Source of the DNA: Bacteroidales bacterium
GTDB lineage: Bacteria > Bacteroidota > Bacteroidia > Bacteroidales > UBA7960
DNA length: 64,000 nt
Assembly: GCA_012521995.1 (NCBI GenBank)
Contig: JAAYLH010000088.1
Span: 565-64,564 of the forward strand
Reading direction: 5' to 3'
The notes beneath the pieces were generated by a model. The model made no database searches, was not told where the DNA came from, and worked only from the letters and a program-made list of their open reading frames with translations. The position numbers and the translations under genes were made by a program. Positions 35,897 through 45,492 of this stretch are shown in pieces (position 1 is the stretch's first letter; every line of letters begins with the position of its first letter).

Positions 35897-37375
35897 TCAG
35901 TTACAAACCATCACCGAAAGGTGGATCACATAATAGGGGTAGTAATCCAGTTCAATTACCAGGTCATTGCCCTTATAAGTTGTAAACAAACCAGCTGCGG
36001 GTCTTTCGGTGGGCAATTCGCCTTCGTTGTACCCCTGAATTTTAACCGCTTCAGCCACATCCTGCATTGCCATATTGGGGCCGGGAACAATGGTCAGCAC
36101 CCCGTCAGCATACTGGGCATAAGCCCCTTCAATGAGTTGCTGGCCGGCGTAAATGGGATGGGTCCCATCGCCGGTATTGTCGAAATAATACCACCAGGCT
36201 GCGCCACCCCCGGCATCAGATCCTGCGAAAGCCGTTTCAAAGGTCCAGTTGCATTCTTCTTCCTCAATGGTAAGGATCTTCAAGCCACCCAGCCCGGTGG
36301 CGACAAAGACAAAGTTGCCCTGAGACATCACGAAATTGGTGGATAAGGGGCCGCCGAAATCAAAATATCCGTATTCGATGAAAGGGGGTTGTTCCTCCAG
36401 GGGAACATCCACATGTTTGCTAACCGCAATGCCGGCCGCGCCATTACCCAAAAAGAACAGCGGGGGATTGAATGACACACTGTTGGTGACATAATCTTCA
36501 GGTTCTTTTCCGGCGGGGACAGCAGGCCTGGAGAACATCTGGGCCAGGGAAAGGTCGGCCGTATGGTACACATGGGCCCCGCCCCTGTTGAGGGCTGCAA
36601 AAAGGTATTCATCCGAAACATCGAGTTCAGCTTTCGAGAAGTCCTGGATAAAAGCAGGGTCAATGTCAATGGAGCTGCCATCCAGCACAAAAATGTTTTC
36701 CTTGCTCAAGGTATATACTTCCTGTCCGGCGGCAACCGAGCGGGCATCAGGATATTCTGTAAAAGTCTCCTGTCCCTCCCCATCCACGATGGTAAGGCCT
36801 CCCCCGCTCCTTCCACTGGCAAAATAAGTCAGGTCATCCTGAACCACAAGGCTGATCCCCGAATGCGAAGGCAGGCGGTGCAGTTCCAACACAGGCTCCT
36901 CAAGGGCGGGGTCGAGATAACCATAAAAAGCACCATCGACATCCTGGCCTGCAATGACGATCATCCCATCCTTCCATCCTACGGTATTCACATCCCGCCC
37001 GGGGAATTCAATGGTTTTAACAATGACGGGATCGTAGGGATCGGAAACGTCGATGATGTCGAGGGCGCCAATCTGCTCAGCCCCGCGCATATTGTAGGAA
37101 ACCAGGGCCAGCTCGCCCGCCAGTTCCACGTGGGTAGCCTGAACGGTCTGTTCAGAAACCACCGGTGCATCCACCTCAGCAATTAAGGTGAAAACATAAC
37201 CGATGGATTTGTCCAGGTTAATTTTCAAGGGGTCGGATGAAACCAACGGGATTACCTGGTTCTTCTTGGTTATCCTTCCTTTCGGAAAGCTTGCAGGTTC
37301 ATTGGGTTCTAAATCCTTCTGGCACGAAAACACCAATACCAGGAAAAGCACCATTAAAGTACCGATCTTCTTCAT
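35897..37375 (-). CDS. LVIVD-repeat / beta-propeller-like lipoprotein (hypothetical)
   Basis: 492 aa. Lipobox LVLVFSCQKD and repeated motifs of the type ALDIIDVSDPYDPV and GGLKILTI. Confidence 0.55.
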   Translation of the reverse strand: MKKIGTLMVLFLVLVFSCQKDLEPNEPASFPKGRITKKNQVIPLVSSDPLKINLDKSIGYVFTLIAEVDAPVVSEQTVQATHVELAGELALVSYNMRGAEQIGALDIIDVSDPYDPVIVKTIEFPGRDVNTVGWKDGMIVIAGQDVDGAFYGYLDPALEEPVLELHRLPSHSGISLVVQDDLTYFASGRSGGGLTIVDGEGQETFTEYPDARSVAAGQEVYTLSKENIFVLDGSSIDIDPAFIQDFSKAELDVSDEYLFAALNRGGAHVYHTADLSLAQMFSRPAVPAGKEPEDYVTNSVSFNPPLFFLGNGAAGIAVSKHVDVPLEEQPPFIEYGYFDFGGPLSTNFVMSQGNFVFVATGLGGLKILTIEEEECNWTFETAFAGSDAGGGAAWWYYFDNTGDGTHPIYAGQQLIEGAYAQYADGVLTIVPGPNMAMQDVAEAVKIQGYNEGELPTERPAAGLFTTYKGNDLVIELDYYPYYVIHLSVMVCN

Positions 37376-37828
37376 AGCAAAAAATATTTAAATGCAGGAA
37401 AAGCTTCCGATCTATCCCCCTGGAAACTCATCCGACAAGACTTTAAAATTATTGATAATACCTTTCAAAGGTATGAAATCTGCCGGATTAAAACCAGCGT
37501 TCAATAGAATCAATTAGCTTTAAACCAAAATAAAAAAGAAGAAAACATTTCCCAGAATCTTTTTCCGTAAAGAAAAGAGAATCAAGCAATAGCCCTGCCA
37601 AATACCTTATATCTTCGAGTCCACACGGTTCAGGCACAGACAGGGTATGAGGCTCATTCGAAGATGGTACGACCATGGTCTCACCCATGCAGGGAAAGTT
37701 AAAATGAACAAGCACTCTTTTATGATAAGTTACGGTATCGAAATTTTAATATAACAAATTAATTACCAGAAGAATACCCGAAACAAAACAAAAAACCCCT
37801 TGTTTGACAAGGGGTTTAAGGGGGGTTG

Positions 37829-37899
37829 AGGTCTCGAGCGGATTCGAACCGCTGTACGAGGTTTTGCAGACCTCTGCCTAGCCACTCGGCCACGAGACC
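37829..37899 (-). tRNA. tRNA-Cys (GCA)
   Basis: 71-nt cloverleaf folded by hand: acceptor GGUCUCG/CGAGACC, anticodon arm GAGGU-CUGCAAA-ACCUC, T arm AGCGG-UUCGAAU-CCGCU. Confidence 0.9.
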
Positions 37900-37950
37900 C
37901 AAAGGGTTTTTAACGCGGCAAAATTAAGGTAAAAAATGCTATTTACAAAA

Positions 37951-38160
37951 TTATTTTATCGATTTTGGCAAGGCGAGCATCGACAGGCAATCCTCGCACA
38001 GGCAATCGGGGTATTTCTCACTGATCCACAGCAACTTCTCGGGGCTGAGCGTGTATTTGGTACACCAGCAACCGGCCTTGTAGAGGCAGACGAAAGCCTT
38101 GCCACAGGCGGGACAAATCTTAAGACTGCCTTCGGGCTTCATCTCAGCGGGCCAGTTCAA
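37951..38160 (-). CDS. cysteine-rich CWC family small protein
   Basis: 69 aa. CPACG...C...GCWC...CLCEDC pattern. Overlaps the folB stop by 17 bp. Confidence 0.6.
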   Translation of the reverse strand: MNWPAEMKPEGSLKICPACGKAFVCLYKAGCWCTKYTLSPEKLLWISEKYPDCLCEDCLSMLALPKSIK

Positions 38161-38494
38161 CGCTCACGGCTTGCATCTTCCCGCCCAGGGGAGGATTCAT
38201 TTTCGAGATTCGCACCTTCATGCTGATGATGGTGGGAAAGGTATCGCTGATGGCATCGAGGATCCTACGGGCTACGTGTTCGAGCAGGTGGCTTTTGAGG
38301 TCCATCTGGGCCCTTACCAAATTGTAAACTTGCTGGTAGTTCACTGTATCGAGCAGTTTATCAGAGGTTTCGGCAGCCGTAGTGTTGGTTTCCAGTTCGA
38401 GCTGGACGACAAAACGGTTGCCAATTATTTGTTCTTCCTGGAAACAGCCGTGATAGGCATAAAATTCCATTTGCTCCAGAATAATCTTTCCCAT
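38144..38494 (-). CDS. folB: dihydroneopterin aldolase
   Basis: 116 aa. MEFYAYHGCFQEEQIIGNRFVV...DTVNY FolB pattern. Confidence 0.85.
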   Translation of the reverse strand: MGKIILEQMEFYAYHGCFQEEQIIGNRFVVQLELETNTTAAETSDKLLDTVNYQQVYNLVRAQMDLKSHLLEHVARRILDAISDTFPTIISMKVRISKMNPPLGGKMQAVSVELAR

Positions 38495-38558
38495 AAAGAT
38501 TGTTGATTAGGGTTTTTACAAAAGTATAAAAACCTCCCCTTAAGTTGACGCTTATTTA

Positions 38559-38566
38559 TAATTTTG
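38559..38566 (+). promoter_or_regulatory. Bacteroidota-type -7 box (TAnnTTTG) upstream of glnS
   Basis: TAATTTTG lies 36 nt upstream of the ATG at 38602. Its position argues against the longer track start at 38545. Confidence 0.4.
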
Positions 38567-38601
38567 CATCTTATTCAAATAATTTTGAAAAAACATTTCC
38601 C

Positions 38602-40296
38602 ATGAAGGAAAATACGCCCACAGAACCCAAAGCCTCTTTGAACTTCCTGGAGCAGATCATCACCAACGACCTTGCGAGCAAGTCCACCGGCGGCAAGGTG
38701 CATACGCGCTTTCCCCCTGAGCCCAACGGTTACCTGCATATTGGCCATGCCAAGAGCATCTGCCTGAACTTTGGGCTGGCCCAGAAATTCAACGGCAAAT
38801 GCAATCTCCGTTTTGATGACACCAATCCCACCAGGGAGGAGCAGGAATATGTGGACAGCATCAAGGAGGATGTCCGCTGGCTGGGTTTCGACTGGGAAGA
38901 CAGGGAATATTTTGCCTCGGATTATTTTGAGCAGCTTTATGAATTTGCCGTTTATCTGGTAAAGAAGGGCAAGGCCTATGTCTGCGCGATGACCGCCGAG
39001 GAGATCAGCGCCCATCGCGGCACGCCTGCCATCCCCGGCAAGGAGAGCCCCTGGCGCAACCGGGGCGTTGAAGAGAACCTGGATCTGCTTGACAGGATGC
39101 GCAAGGGCGAGTTCCCGGACGGGAGCCACGTATTGCGCGCAAAAATAGACATGGGCTCGCCGAATATGCATATGCGCGATCCTGTGATGTATCGGATCAT
39201 GCATGCCCATCACCACCGGACGGGCGACAATTGGTGCATCTACCCGATGTACGATTGGGCGCATGGGCAGAGCGACTACATTGAAGGCATCACCCACAGC
39301 ATCTGCACCCTTGAGTTTGAGGTGCACCGCCCCTTGTATGAATGGTTTCTGAACGCGCTTGACCTGCCCCATCTGAAGCCCCGCCAGATAGAGTTTGCAC
39401 GCTTAAATCTGACCTATACCGTGATGAGTAAACGAAAGCTGTTGTCGCTGGTTCAGGATAAGCAGGTAAAAGGCTGGGACGATCCGCGTATGCCCACCAT
39501 CAGCGGTTTGCGGCGCCGTGGCTACACCCCTGCCAGCATCCGAATGTTTGCCGACCGCGTGGGGGTTGCCAAACGCGAAAACGTCATCGAGGTAGGATTG
39601 CTTGAGCACTGCATCCGCGAGGATCTCAACAAGAATGCCCCTCGGGCCATGGCTGTGCTCAACCCGGTGAAGCTGATCATTGACAACTACCCTGAAGGGC
39701 AGGTGGAAGAGATGCCTGCCGTGATCAACCCCGAGCTTCCTGAAAACGGGACACGGATGGTGCCCTTCAGCAGAACGCTGTATATTGAGCGTGAAGACTT
39801 TATGGAAAACCCGCCCAAGAAATTCTTCCGACTGGCCCCCGGCGCCGAGGTAAGGCTTAAATATGCCTACATCATCCGCTGCGAGCACGTGGTAAAGGAT
39901 GCTGACGGCGAGATCAGCGAGATCCACTGCACCTATTTCCCCGAGACAAGAAGTGGCCTGCCCAGCGACAAAAAAGTTAAAGGCACCTTGCACTGGGTTT
40001 GCCCCGAACACGCCCTTGAAGCCGAGGTAAGGATTTACGACAGGCTGTTCAGCGTACCCGAGCCCGAAGAAGTGGAAGACGGACAGGACTTCAGAATGCA
40101 CCTGAACCCTGATTCGCTGAAAGTAGTCAAGGCCTGGGTAGAACCCTATGTTGGGGATGCCACAGCCGGCCAGCATTACCAGTTTGAACGCAATGGATAT
40201 TATGTGATTGACCCCGACAGCAAGACCGGACACCTGGTATTTAACCGCACGGTGCCCCTGAGGGATTCGTGGACTAAGGTGGAAAAAAACAAATAG
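38602..40296 (+). CDS. glnS: glutamine--tRNA ligase
   Basis: Start taken at [25 protein letters not shown] (HIGH) and [11 protein letters not shown] (KMSKS-like). The length and C-terminal anticodon-binding region fit GlnRS. Confidence 0.95.
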   Translation: MKENTPTEPKASLNFLEQIITNDLASKSTGGKVHTRFPPEPNGYLHIGHAKSICLNFGLAQKFNGKCNLRFDDTNPTREEQEYVDSIKEDVRWLGFDWEDREYFASDYFEQLYEFAVYLVKKGKAYVCAMTAEEISAHRGTPAIPGKESPWRNRGVEENLDLLDRMRKGEFPDGSHVLRAKIDMGSPNMHMRDPVMYRIMHAHHHRTGDNWCIYPMYDWAHGQSDYIEGITHSICTLEFEVHRPLYEWFLNALDLPHLKPRQIEFARLNLTYTVMSKRKLLSLVQDKQVKGWDDPRMPTISGLRRRGYTPASIRMFADRVGVAKRENVIEVGLLEHCIREDLNKNAPRAMAVLNPVKLIIDNYPEGQVEEMPAVINPELPENGTRMVPFSRTLYIEREDFMENPPKKFFRLAPGAEVRLKYAYIIRCEHVVKDADGEISEIHCTYFPETRSGLPSDKKVKGTLHWVCPEHALEAEVRIYDRLFSVPEPEEVEDGQDFRMHLNPDSLKVVKAWVEPYVGDATAGQHYQFERNGYYVIDPDSKTGHLVFNRTVPLRDSWTKVEKNK

Positions 40297-40342
40297 TGGG
40301 GTTTCAATTTTTTTCGAATTATTGTTACTTTTGCACCAAGAT

Positions 40343-40415
40343 TGTCCTGTGGTGTAATTGGCAACACGTCTGACTCTGAATCAGAAAAGTCCAGGTTCGA
40401 CCCCTGGCAGGACAA
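40343..40415 (+). tRNA. tRNA-Gln (CTG)
   Basis: 73-nt cloverleaf: acceptor UGUCCUG/CAGGACA, anticodon arm UCUGA-CUCUGAA-UCAGA, T arm CCAGG-UUCGACC-CCUGG. Lies 46 nt after the glnS stop. Confidence 0.9.
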
Positions 40416-40424
40416 CTGAAAAAG

Positions 40425-40468
40425 GAGAAACCGCTTGTGATGCACGATCACAGGCGGTTTCTCTTTGC
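40425..40468 (+). terminator. hairpin terminator after tRNA-Gln
   Basis: GAGAAACCGC...TGTGAT-gcacg-ATCACA...GCGGTTTCTC followed by TTTG. The T-run is short. Confidence 0.5.
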
Positions 40469-40765
40469 CGGCAGGGGGCTTCTTGCATTCGAACAGAATT
40501 GCAATAAACACTTCTCCTAAAAAATACCTCTATCCTGAATCCCTGCCACTTAAAAACGGCCCTGTGCTTAAACAAGGCACAGAAAACACAGCTGGCCATT
40601 TTTAACGGAATAAATCTTTTGTTTTATGTTTATCTGCCATTTTTGCCGGTTAAAACGACATTTTTACATTCGTTGTTTGAATGAAAAGATCTTAGTTTGC
40701 AACTACATTCTTATTTGGAATGAGTCTAAATAAACATTTTGTTCAATCATTTAAAAACTGAAGAC

Positions 40766-41389
40766 ATGAGATCAAGGAATTTTATTGCAAGACAATTTTC
40801 ATTTTTTGTTTTTGCAGGCTTTTTCTTTCTGGCGGCTTGCACAAAGGAATCCGCACAGGATCAGGAAGCCTTTTGGGCCTCTCAGTCGGGTCCTGAAATG
40901 ATAACCGAAAAAACAGGGAAGCCTGAGGGTGCGGCACAGAATCAATTGCTGGCACAGATCAGGCGTGCAACGGCCAGGTATCATAACATTGAAGTTGCCC
41001 TGGCTGATGGCTATGAACTGGGGTCGGAATGTGTATCTGCTCCCGGATTAGGAGCCATGGGCCATCATTTTATAAAGAACAGCCTGGTGGATGGAGAAGT
41101 GGACCCTCTGCAGCCTGAGGCCTTGCTTTACGAGCCGACCAAAAACGGTGGATTCAAGCTCATCGGCGTTGAATATATCGTTGTTGCGGCCCCTTGGGAT
41201 GCCCTGCATGACAATCCACCCATGCTGGGAAACAAGGTATTTGACGACCACCGCCCCGAGGGATCGAGCGGACCTCCCTTCCCTCATTACCAGCTTCACG
41301 CCTGGATATGGAAGGATAACCCTAATGGAATCTATTTCCCGTTTAACCCAAAGGTCAGTTGTGCGTTTGAATTGGAACCCGAGATTTAA
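40766..41389 (+). CDS. hypothetical lipoprotein
   Basis: I chose the ATG at 40766 (MRSRNFIARQFSFFVFAGFFFLAACTKE lipobox); the track start at 40739 is a TTG. A conserved-looking core is GAMGHHF...PEALLYEP...LIGVEY. Confidence 0.55.
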   Translation: MRSRNFIARQFSFFVFAGFFFLAACTKESAQDQEAFWASQSGPEMITEKTGKPEGAAQNQLLAQIRRATARYHNIEVALADGYELGSECVSAPGLGAMGHHFIKNSLVDGEVDPLQPEALLYEPTKNGGFKLIGVEYIVVAAPWDALHDNPPMLGNKVFDDHRPEGSSGPPFPHYQLHAWIWKDNPNGIYFPFNPKVSCAFELEPEI

Positions 41390-41593
41390 GGCATAGAAAA
41401 TCGCTTAATGCAATTTATTAAAGCGCCTCAAAAGCCGGGAAAACACAAGGTTTTTGTTTTTTGCAATGAGCTGTTAAGCTTTTAGAAAAACAAAAATCTT
41501 TACCTCTGGCTTTTGAGGCTTCTTTTCTGTTGATCATTAAGGTCCAATTAACTTCCTGCGGCAAAGAAATAAAACCCAGTCTTTTAAATAAAA

Positions 41594-41628
41594 GGGACAG
41601 AAAAAAGCCTTTTCTGTCCCTTATTTTG
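41594..41628 (+). terminator. orphan rho-independent terminator in a 340-bp intergenic region
   Basis: GGGACAGAAAA-aagcc-TTTTCTGTCCC followed by TTATTTTG, about 200 nt downstream of the nearest upstream stop codon. Confidence 0.6.
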
Positions 41629-41731
41629 TTATATTTAATGCTCTCTTGTTCCAACCTTTTGTGCAATGAAAACGTCTTTCAATAAATCAGCATTGTACAG
41701 GATCCTGATTTGTTTACAAAACCCAGTCCGT

Positions 41732-42451
41732 ATGAGGATAAACTTACTTTTTCTATACCTTCCCCTTTTATTCTTTTTGTCCTGTGGGAAAGATCCCAGC
41801 ACATTACCTGCCAAGGTGAATATGAATTTTGGGATGATCCCGCTGGGCCAGGAAGAGAGCCTGAAAGAGGCCTCCCTTGACAACAACGGAGAGAATGGGG
41901 TTTACCTGAGCATCACCGATGGCACCCTGGTGATTAACCGTATTGATTTTGAAGGCCGTCGGGAGAGTGCAGAGGATGTTTTCTTCACCGCTCATTTCGA
42001 TCCCCCCATAATTGTTGATCTTGGCGAAGGGAGTTCGAGCCGTTATGTACAGTTCGACATTCCCCAGGGAGTCTTCGAGCGCATGGAATTCATTTTTCAC
42101 CTTGGAGCGCCAGGACACTTGCCCCTGGTGATGACCGGCGTGGCCAACCTGCCCCAGTTCGGAGAGAAACTGATACGTTTCGAATACCAGTACCCTGAGC
42201 CCATCAGCACAATAGCCCAAAGCCCCGAAGGAAATACAATTGTTTTGAAAAAGGATGTAGTATCGACAGCCAGCGTGCTTATCGATGCTGAAAAACTATT
42301 CCGGCTTGTCAATATTGGCCTGCTGGTGTCTTCAGAAGTCTCCAACCCCACTCAAGGAGAAACCATTGTTATTAACCAGGACATGAACAGTCCGATATTT
42401 AATGTAGTTGCAAACCGATTGAGCCAGTCGCTGGAAGTGATAATTGAATAG
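41732..42451 (+). CDS. hypothetical lipoprotein (possibly distantly DUF4382-like)
   Basis: Internal ATG gives MRINLLFLYLPLLFFLSCGKD (lipobox). A 6-bp gap separates it from the ECF sigma gene. Confidence 0.5.
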   Translation: MRINLLFLYLPLLFFLSCGKDPSTLPAKVNMNFGMIPLGQEESLKEASLDNNGENGVYLSITDGTLVINRIDFEGRRESAEDVFFTAHFDPPIIVDLGEGSSSRYVQFDIPQGVFERMEFIFHLGAPGHLPLVMTGVANLPQFGEKLIRFEYQYPEPISTIAQSPEGNTIVLKKDVVSTASVLIDAEKLFRLVNIGLLVSSEVSNPTQGETIVINQDMNSPIFNVVANRLSQSLEVIIE

Positions 42452-42457
42452 GACGTA

Positions 42458-43015
42458 ATGCAGGTTGACCTTTATAAAGAGGAGGAGATTGTAAAGGGTT
42501 GCCAGCGTAATGAGCGTAAATACCAGGAGATTATGTACCGCAGGTATTCGCGCAAGATGTATGGCATTTGCCTGAGCTATGCGGGTGACCGAGCACTTGC
42601 CCAGGATATGCTGCACGATGCATTTCTGAAGATTTTCAATACCATCGGGCAGTTTAAGCTGGAAGGTTCTCTGGAGGGATGGATCAGAAAGGTGGTCACA
42701 CGCACTGCGATAGACCTGCTTAGGAAGAGACAGCGACTGAATCATTATATAACTGAGGAAATGGAAGAATCACAAACAGGAAAAGCGCCCCTGGTACAAA
42801 GTTACCTTGCCACCAAGGAGATCCTGGAACTTGTAAGGCAGCTGCCCAATGGGGCCAGGGCCATTTTCAACCTGTTTGCCCTTGAAGGCTTTACCCACAA
42901 GGAGATTGCCGAGCAACTCCAAATCAGTGAAGGAACTTCCAAATCGCAGTACAACAGGGCCAGGGTTCTATTGAAATCCTGGGTACAGAGCCAAAACGGC
43001 GAAAGCTCCTCTTAA
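42458..43015 (+). CDS. RNA polymerase ECF-type sigma-70 factor
   Basis: 185 aa. Region 2 (YGICLSYAGDRALAQDMLHDAFLKIF) and region 4 HTH (FNLFALEGFTHKEIAEQLQISEGTSKSQYNRAR). Confidence 0.9.
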   Translation: MQVDLYKEEEIVKGCQRNERKYQEIMYRRYSRKMYGICLSYAGDRALAQDMLHDAFLKIFNTIGQFKLEGSLEGWIRKVVTRTAIDLLRKRQRLNHYITEEMEESQTGKAPLVQSYLATKEILELVRQLPNGARAIFNLFALEGFTHKEIAEQLQISEGTSKSQYNRARVLLKSWVQSQNGESSS

Positions 43016-43043
43016 ATTATTAACGACTAAAAAGCGAATTGAA

Positions 43044-43241
43044 ATGTTGACCGATAAAGAATTAAAATGCCTTGAGAGCCTGGAGCGAAACCAGGAAGTG
43101 ATATATCTGCTCAATTCAGAAGAATGCCAGTTTGTCTCACGATTGATACGAAGCTACAAGGAAATGAAACGGCAAATAAAGGCCATAGAAATCAATGAAA
43201 AGGAATCCTGGAAGAACTTCGGGGACAGCATTGAAGAATAA
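43044..43241 (+). CDS. small hypothetical protein between sigma and anti-sigma-like genes
   Basis: 65-aa ORF with short gaps on both sides. No motif recognised. Confidence 0.35.
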   Translation: MLTDKELKCLESLERNQEVIYLLNSEECQFVSRLIRSYKEMKRQIKAIEINEKESWKNFGDSIEE

Positions 43242-43257
43242 AACCACAGGGTAAAGC

Positions 43258-44430
43258 ATGGACATCGAAAAATGGTATAAGCACGCTGTTGAGTCGAACC
43301 ACGAAGATCCGCCTGAAGCGCTATGGGATTCCATTCAGGATGACCTGGACGTGAGTGATGTCTGGACAAGGCTTGAGGGTTCGCTGTCGCAGACCCGTAA
43401 GATCCCCCTTTGGGTCTTCAGGGCTGCTGCCGCTTCGATTGCCTTGTTGATTGGATTCTCCGCCTGGTTCTTGTGGTTCGGCAAGGATGACAGCGTTCAC
43501 CAGGCTCCTCCCATCCTTGTTCAGCAAAAGGTGGAGGAAGAAAATTCAGAAGCCCCTGCCGTTGCCTCCCTCGGGAAGCGCCCCGGGCTTACCCATTCAG
43601 AACCCAAAGTCATTGCTCATTTGGGGAAGAGAGAAAGGGAGTTGACCATTGACCTTGCTTCGGCTGGGAGCAAAACAGAAAAAAGCCGGGAAACGGAAGA
43701 AATGGCCGAATTTAAGCGTATTGAAAAACAAGAGCTTCCTGCTCTGCCCGAGCAGCCATCCGGTCTTAAGGAATCCCCAAAAACCCTTGCGGATGAGTTC
43801 CTGGCATCACTGGATCCTGAACCTTTAAACACGCGCTTCAGCATCGGTATCCTGGGGCAATTTGCCAACACCTGGTTATTGAATCCAAAGACCTTTCAGG
43901 GCCTTCAGAGCCAGGAGCTGACCGCGACAAACGCCACTTTTGGAAAAAACTTCGGCCTTTCGTTTATGAAACCCCTGGGGATAAGAACCAGCCTGAAAGG
44001 CGAGCTGATGATCCTTTCGCAAAGCAGGCAAAACTATATGGAATACCTCTCAGGACAGTACACCCCCACCAGCCTCCGCTTAGATTACCGCAGCCTCTCG
44101 ATGATGCTAAGTCTAAGCCCACTAGAGCCCGGGTCACCTCACTCGTTGCAGCTAGGTGCCTACGTGGGGACCCTGATCCAGGCACGCGAAGTGAGCGGAC
44201 AAAACAACCTTATCGTTAGGGATGAATACGCAAAAACCGATTTTGGTTTAATTGGCGGATACGAATATTTCATTCCTGTCTCGTCCAATGTTTTCATTGG
44301 CACAGGTTTTTTTGCAAAATATGGATTGACTAATGTCTTCTATGGAAATCAGCAAATCCCTGATTATTTGAATCGTACACACAATGCTGCCTTTATTTTT
44401 TCCCTTTCGGTAAATTATTCAATAAAATAA
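43258..44430 (+). CDS. anti-sigma-factor-like membrane protein with C-terminal PorT-like beta-barrel region
   Basis: 390 aa. Short cytoplasmic N-terminus, one TM helix (LWVFRAAAASIALLIGFSAWFLWF), a charged linker, and a C-terminal beta-strand-rich region ending FIFSLSVNYSIK. Confidence 0.55.
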   Translation: MDIEKWYKHAVESNHEDPPEALWDSIQDDLDVSDVWTRLEGSLSQTRKIPLWVFRAAAASIALLIGFSAWFLWFGKDDSVHQAPPILVQQKVEEENSEAPAVASLGKRPGLTHSEPKVIAHLGKRERELTIDLASAGSKTEKSRETEEMAEFKRIEKQELPALPEQPSGLKESPKTLADEFLASLDPEPLNTRFSIGILGQFANTWLLNPKTFQGLQSQELTATNATFGKNFGLSFMKPLGIRTSLKGELMILSQSRQNYMEYLSGQYTPTSLRLDYRSLSMMLSLSPLEPGSPHSLQLGAYVGTLIQAREVSGQNNLIVRDEYAKTDFGLIGGYEYFIPVSSNVFIGTGFFAKYGLTNVFYGNQQIPDYLNRTHNAAFIFSLSVNYSIK

Positions 44431-44517
44431 TGGCAACTTTCCAACCTTTTGAAAGGAACGAACGTCTTTAAATTAAACCTCCCCTTTTTTGATGAACTTT
44501 TAGAAGAAGAATAATTT

Positions 44518-45432
44518 ATGAGAAAGTACGGTTTCATTCTACTTATTTCTATTCTGACCTTTTCAGCCTTCATAATTTCATCCTGTCAAAAGGATACTGC
44601 ATCCACAAAGGGCATGCTCCATTTGTCGCTTACCGATGCACCCATTGATGAATATGACATTACCGGAGTGTATATCACCATCACTGGCCTGCAATACAAC
44701 CAGGGTGACGAATGGCAGGTGTTTGAAGAATTTGAAGGCCCACAAACCTTTAACCTGCTTAACCTTACCGATGGTGTTTCTTCGCCCCTGGGCATTTTTG
44801 AGCTGGAACCCGGGGTCTACAAACAGATTCGCTTTATGCTTGACGCCCCCGCCCAAGGCAGTGGCAATCACGCCAATCCCGGTTGCTATCTTGAATTTGG
44901 AGGAGATCCCGAAAACACCCAGCCATTATTCGTACCCAGTGGTGCCCAGACCGGGTATAAAGCCATTGGTGAGTTTACAATCCCTGAAAATGGCGATCTT
45001 TTTGTGATGGCCGATTTCGATGTCAGGAAATCTGTGGTGGCAGCAGGAAATTCCGGAAAATTCCTCCTGAAGCCTACCATCAGGCTGATTGTTGAAGACC
45101 GTTCAGGAAATATTGCCGGGACCCTTTTCAATACAGAGGAAGGGATAGATTACCTGGTTTATGCCTATGGCGCCGGCAGCTACGAAGAAGCGGAAGCCGC
45201 TGATCCCGTGGATGACAATCCAAGGTTTCCCAACGCCATCACCAGTGACAATGTAGAATTGGAAGAGGATGAATATGTGTTTTTCCTGGGCTTTTTGCCC
45301 GCAGGTATTTATGACTTGGTTTTGGTTAGCCAGACAGAAGGAGTCTATGGGGATGTGTTAGGAATTGTTGAAGGAGTTGATGTGATGGGAAGAGAAACAA
45401 TTGAAGTGGAAATTGATTTGGATACCCTATAA
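44518..45432 (+). CDS. DUF4382 domain lipoprotein
   Basis: 304 aa. Lipobox FIISSCQKD. LHLSLTDAPIDEYDITGVYITITGLQYN...FNLLNLT...YKQIRFML resembles DUF4382. Confidence 0.7.
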   Translation: MRKYGFILLISILTFSAFIISSCQKDTASTKGMLHLSLTDAPIDEYDITGVYITITGLQYNQGDEWQVFEEFEGPQTFNLLNLTDGVSSPLGIFELEPGVYKQIRFMLDAPAQGSGNHANPGCYLEFGGDPENTQPLFVPSGAQTGYKAIGEFTIPENGDLFVMADFDVRKSVVAAGNSGKFLLKPTIRLIVEDRSGNIAGTLFNTEEGIDYLVYAYGAGSYEEAEAADPVDDNPRFPNAITSDNVELEEDEYVFFLGFLPAGIYDLVLVSQTEGVYGDVLGIVEGVDVMGRETIEVEIDLDTL

Positions 45433-45459
45433 TTACCCTCCTCTTTGCCTGTTAACCTT

Positions 45460-45492
45460 GAGGGGGCAGCTTCGGTTGCTCCCTCATTTTTT
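45460..45492 (+). terminator. rho-independent terminator after the DUF4382 gene
   Basis: GAGGGGGCAGC-ttcg-GTTGCTCCCTC (two G-U pairs) followed by ATTTTTT. It abuts the stop of the convergent tag gene. Confidence 0.55.

Noticed and set aside
37488-37715. 75-aa minus-strand ORF in the spacer between the propeller lipoprotein gene and tRNA-Cys.
   Set aside because: It has no motif, a hydrophobic low-complexity sequence and an AT-rich context typical of a promoter region. There is not enough support for a gene.
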